From: Mesotaenium endlicherianum
Taxonomy: Eukaryota
NCBI GenBank assembly: GCA_009602735.1
Contig: WELA01002258.1
Coordinates: 866,244 to 930,243 of the forward strand
DNA length: 64,000 nucleotides
Direction: 5' to 3'
The position numbers were made by a program, and so were the translations under genes. Each line of letters starts with the position of its first letter. Position 1 is the first letter of the stretch. The notes beneath the pieces were generated by a model, which ran no database searches, was not told where the DNA came from, and saw only the letters and a program-made list of their open reading frames with translations. Shown piece by piece: positions 61,834 through 64,000 of this stretch.

Positions 61834-64000
61834 CATATCAAGATAAAGGTTGATTATTTATTTCTTCACAAAGCATTCTATGATAACTTGTTATTGTACC
61901 ATAATGAGGTATGTATGAAGTCAAACAAGGTAATGACAGCCAATGACAACAAGTGAGAATGATATGGCACAAAAGGGCAAAAAGGTGGAAGTCTCCTCCC
62001 TTATGAATCATTGAAGTACAATAATATATAATTGGAGATAAATCAATTATGGACAAAAGGGGAAGATAAAAGGGTCATTAGAGTGCATAAATGATTGACA
62101 ATTGGATGTAGAAGAAAGTCACTATGTATTCGAAAAGGTAACTGAAGGTAATATTAATTTAAAGATAAAATAACACAAATAATAATCATTTCTTTGCCAA
62201 TAAAAATGACTCGGACCCACGTCCTTTTTTTCATAAAAAAAATACATAAAAATTGCTAAGATCATGTAACCACATGTTTAAAGAAGTTCATGCAAGGTTA
62301 TACAACAATTGCAAACGATCGCAAATGTTTCAAGCTGTGAACGCTACTACAAACGTGGACACAACACGACGTCCGAAGTCAAGACTGTGTAGCTGTACAA
62401 AACCGGTTATAACGATTTGGAAACCCGCCTGTCCGTCGAACCAGAACGAGAGAATCTGCGGCATCCTGCGGCGATATTTCAAAGGCTGCGCCACCCTGCG
62501 TGCTTTTTTCAAAGCGATGCTTGCGTTGCGACTTCTTGCGAACAATTTCAACAAAACGCTGAATGCTGCGGCATCGAAATATGGTCAGGTGCGAGAATAA
62601 CAAGGACGCATGCGAGCTTGTGAACGCGGAAGGTACCCGGGAGATCGTCTCATTTGGTCCACGTGACATTGCAAGATGTTGAGATGAGTTTTCCCACCGC
62701 GTTGACTCAGAAAGGGTCTTATTCGCCCAATCAAACAACTTTCATGTCACGACTCACATGCACTTCTTCCACAGGGGGTACAAGGAAGATCTAGAGTAAA
62801 TCTATATGTACCAATTCATATCAATAATTGTATCGATTGACAAAACAATTCTCCAGTTTCTTCCAAGTCATCTCAGGTCATGCACTTCCAACGTTCTCGA
62901 GTCGCACCAAGGTCCGGGAAATTCAACACCGAGTTGACCAGCTGCTCGGGCACGTTCCTCCAGAACCATGAGGGTTTCATCTGGTTTCATCCAGTGGCAG
63001 TATATATTAAGTTCGTGTGAAGCTTTTTGCACAATCGACATCTCGATTACACAGGCTGTTGTTCTGCAGACTGACCCCTGCGAAGGTAACATTTGGCCAA
63101 GAAAGTGACCCGGTGTTCGTGCCCGCAAACAAGCTCTCGGAGACATTCACGACAGCCCCGGTAAGACCTCGACGCCTCCGGTAATTTACAGATGTAAGGG
63201 CGCCATGTCGTCGTTGCACTATATAACCGCAACAACTTGATGAGCTTCATATCGATGTATGGTGTTGTTGGTCTAACATATTTGTCAACAAAAGCGTCAT
63301 CTACAGGACACATATGGGCAGTCATAAACATTATAATGTTGGTAGTCAACGCTTGCAATATGAACCCAGGATGTCATCTTCGCACATGTAGCTGTGCACA
63401 TATGGCTCTTTGCACAACTATGACCAATCAACGTGCTTCATTGCTTACAATATTTTTCATCATTGGCAAGTACTGAGGACGTCTGCGTGACTCATGCAGC
63501 TTGAGGTCATGGCAGGGGCAGTGCTGTTGTCCACGTTACTGTATAACTTATCAGCTGACACGTGACGTTCTAATCGTATGGTGCTCTCAGTGCAGCAGTT
63601 GAACGCACGAAGAAGATGGCTTTGGCGAGTGGGAAAGTGGCGGCAAAGCTTTTCTTTCTGCTTATTGCAGCAGGTAATTGACGCTGTTCTAATAAATTAT
63701 GTAGCTATTTGTGTCCCATTGACGAACTTAAACATGTCTAGGAGTGGATGCCAGAACGCAATCATGATTCAATATGTCTGGGCTGTAGGAGGGTGTTTCT
63801 TTTTGCATCAATATACAGCTATTGTTGCTGTGAATATAGACGCAGGAATACAAACTCTTGCCTCCATTCTACCCAAGATATGAGCTTACTTGCTTGTAAT
63901 TCTGTGTCACCATCGTCATGTCATTGGCAGGCGCGCTTCATGGAGCTCTTGCAAAGAGCAGCGCAGAGGAATGCAAGGATGTCGCGGTTACTTGCCTTAC

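Noticed and set aside
62868..63358. Possible 3' exon(s) of a minus-strand gene
   Set aside because: Short overlapping ORFs without recognisable domains or a consistent splice structure.

Overview
Eukaryotic, TE-dense genomic DNA. The spliceosomal introns, GC-rich exons, plant-type receptor kinase and plant-type PBS suggest a streptophyte (charophyte-type) green alga, which is an inference. One host gene is clear: a ~30-exon, minus-strand receptor-like kinase (13547 to at least 28098) with an intact RD kinase, one TM helix and TEN malectin domains built as five tandem A/B pairs. It is flanked by two diverged, outward-pointing copies of a retroelement (1-5447 on -, 30296-36700 on +). Their ancestral single ORF is Gag (2x CCHC) - aspartic protease - a complete C5 cytosine DNA methyltransferase with Dnmt3-like motifs, and no RT or integrase is visible in this window. 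The rest is nested TEs: (1) a decayed hAT transposase with two cognate MITEs (8-bp TSDs); (2) a near-intact chromoviral Ty3/gypsy element (55154-61833) plus fragments of that family; (3) a second chromovirus (44721-52828) inserted into a piggyBac-like transposase gene, carrying a long extra ORF with its own predicted splice signals; (4) a decayed relative of that second element; (5) a ~190-bp palindrome-bearing tandem array. All calls come from reading motifs by eye; no database searches were run.
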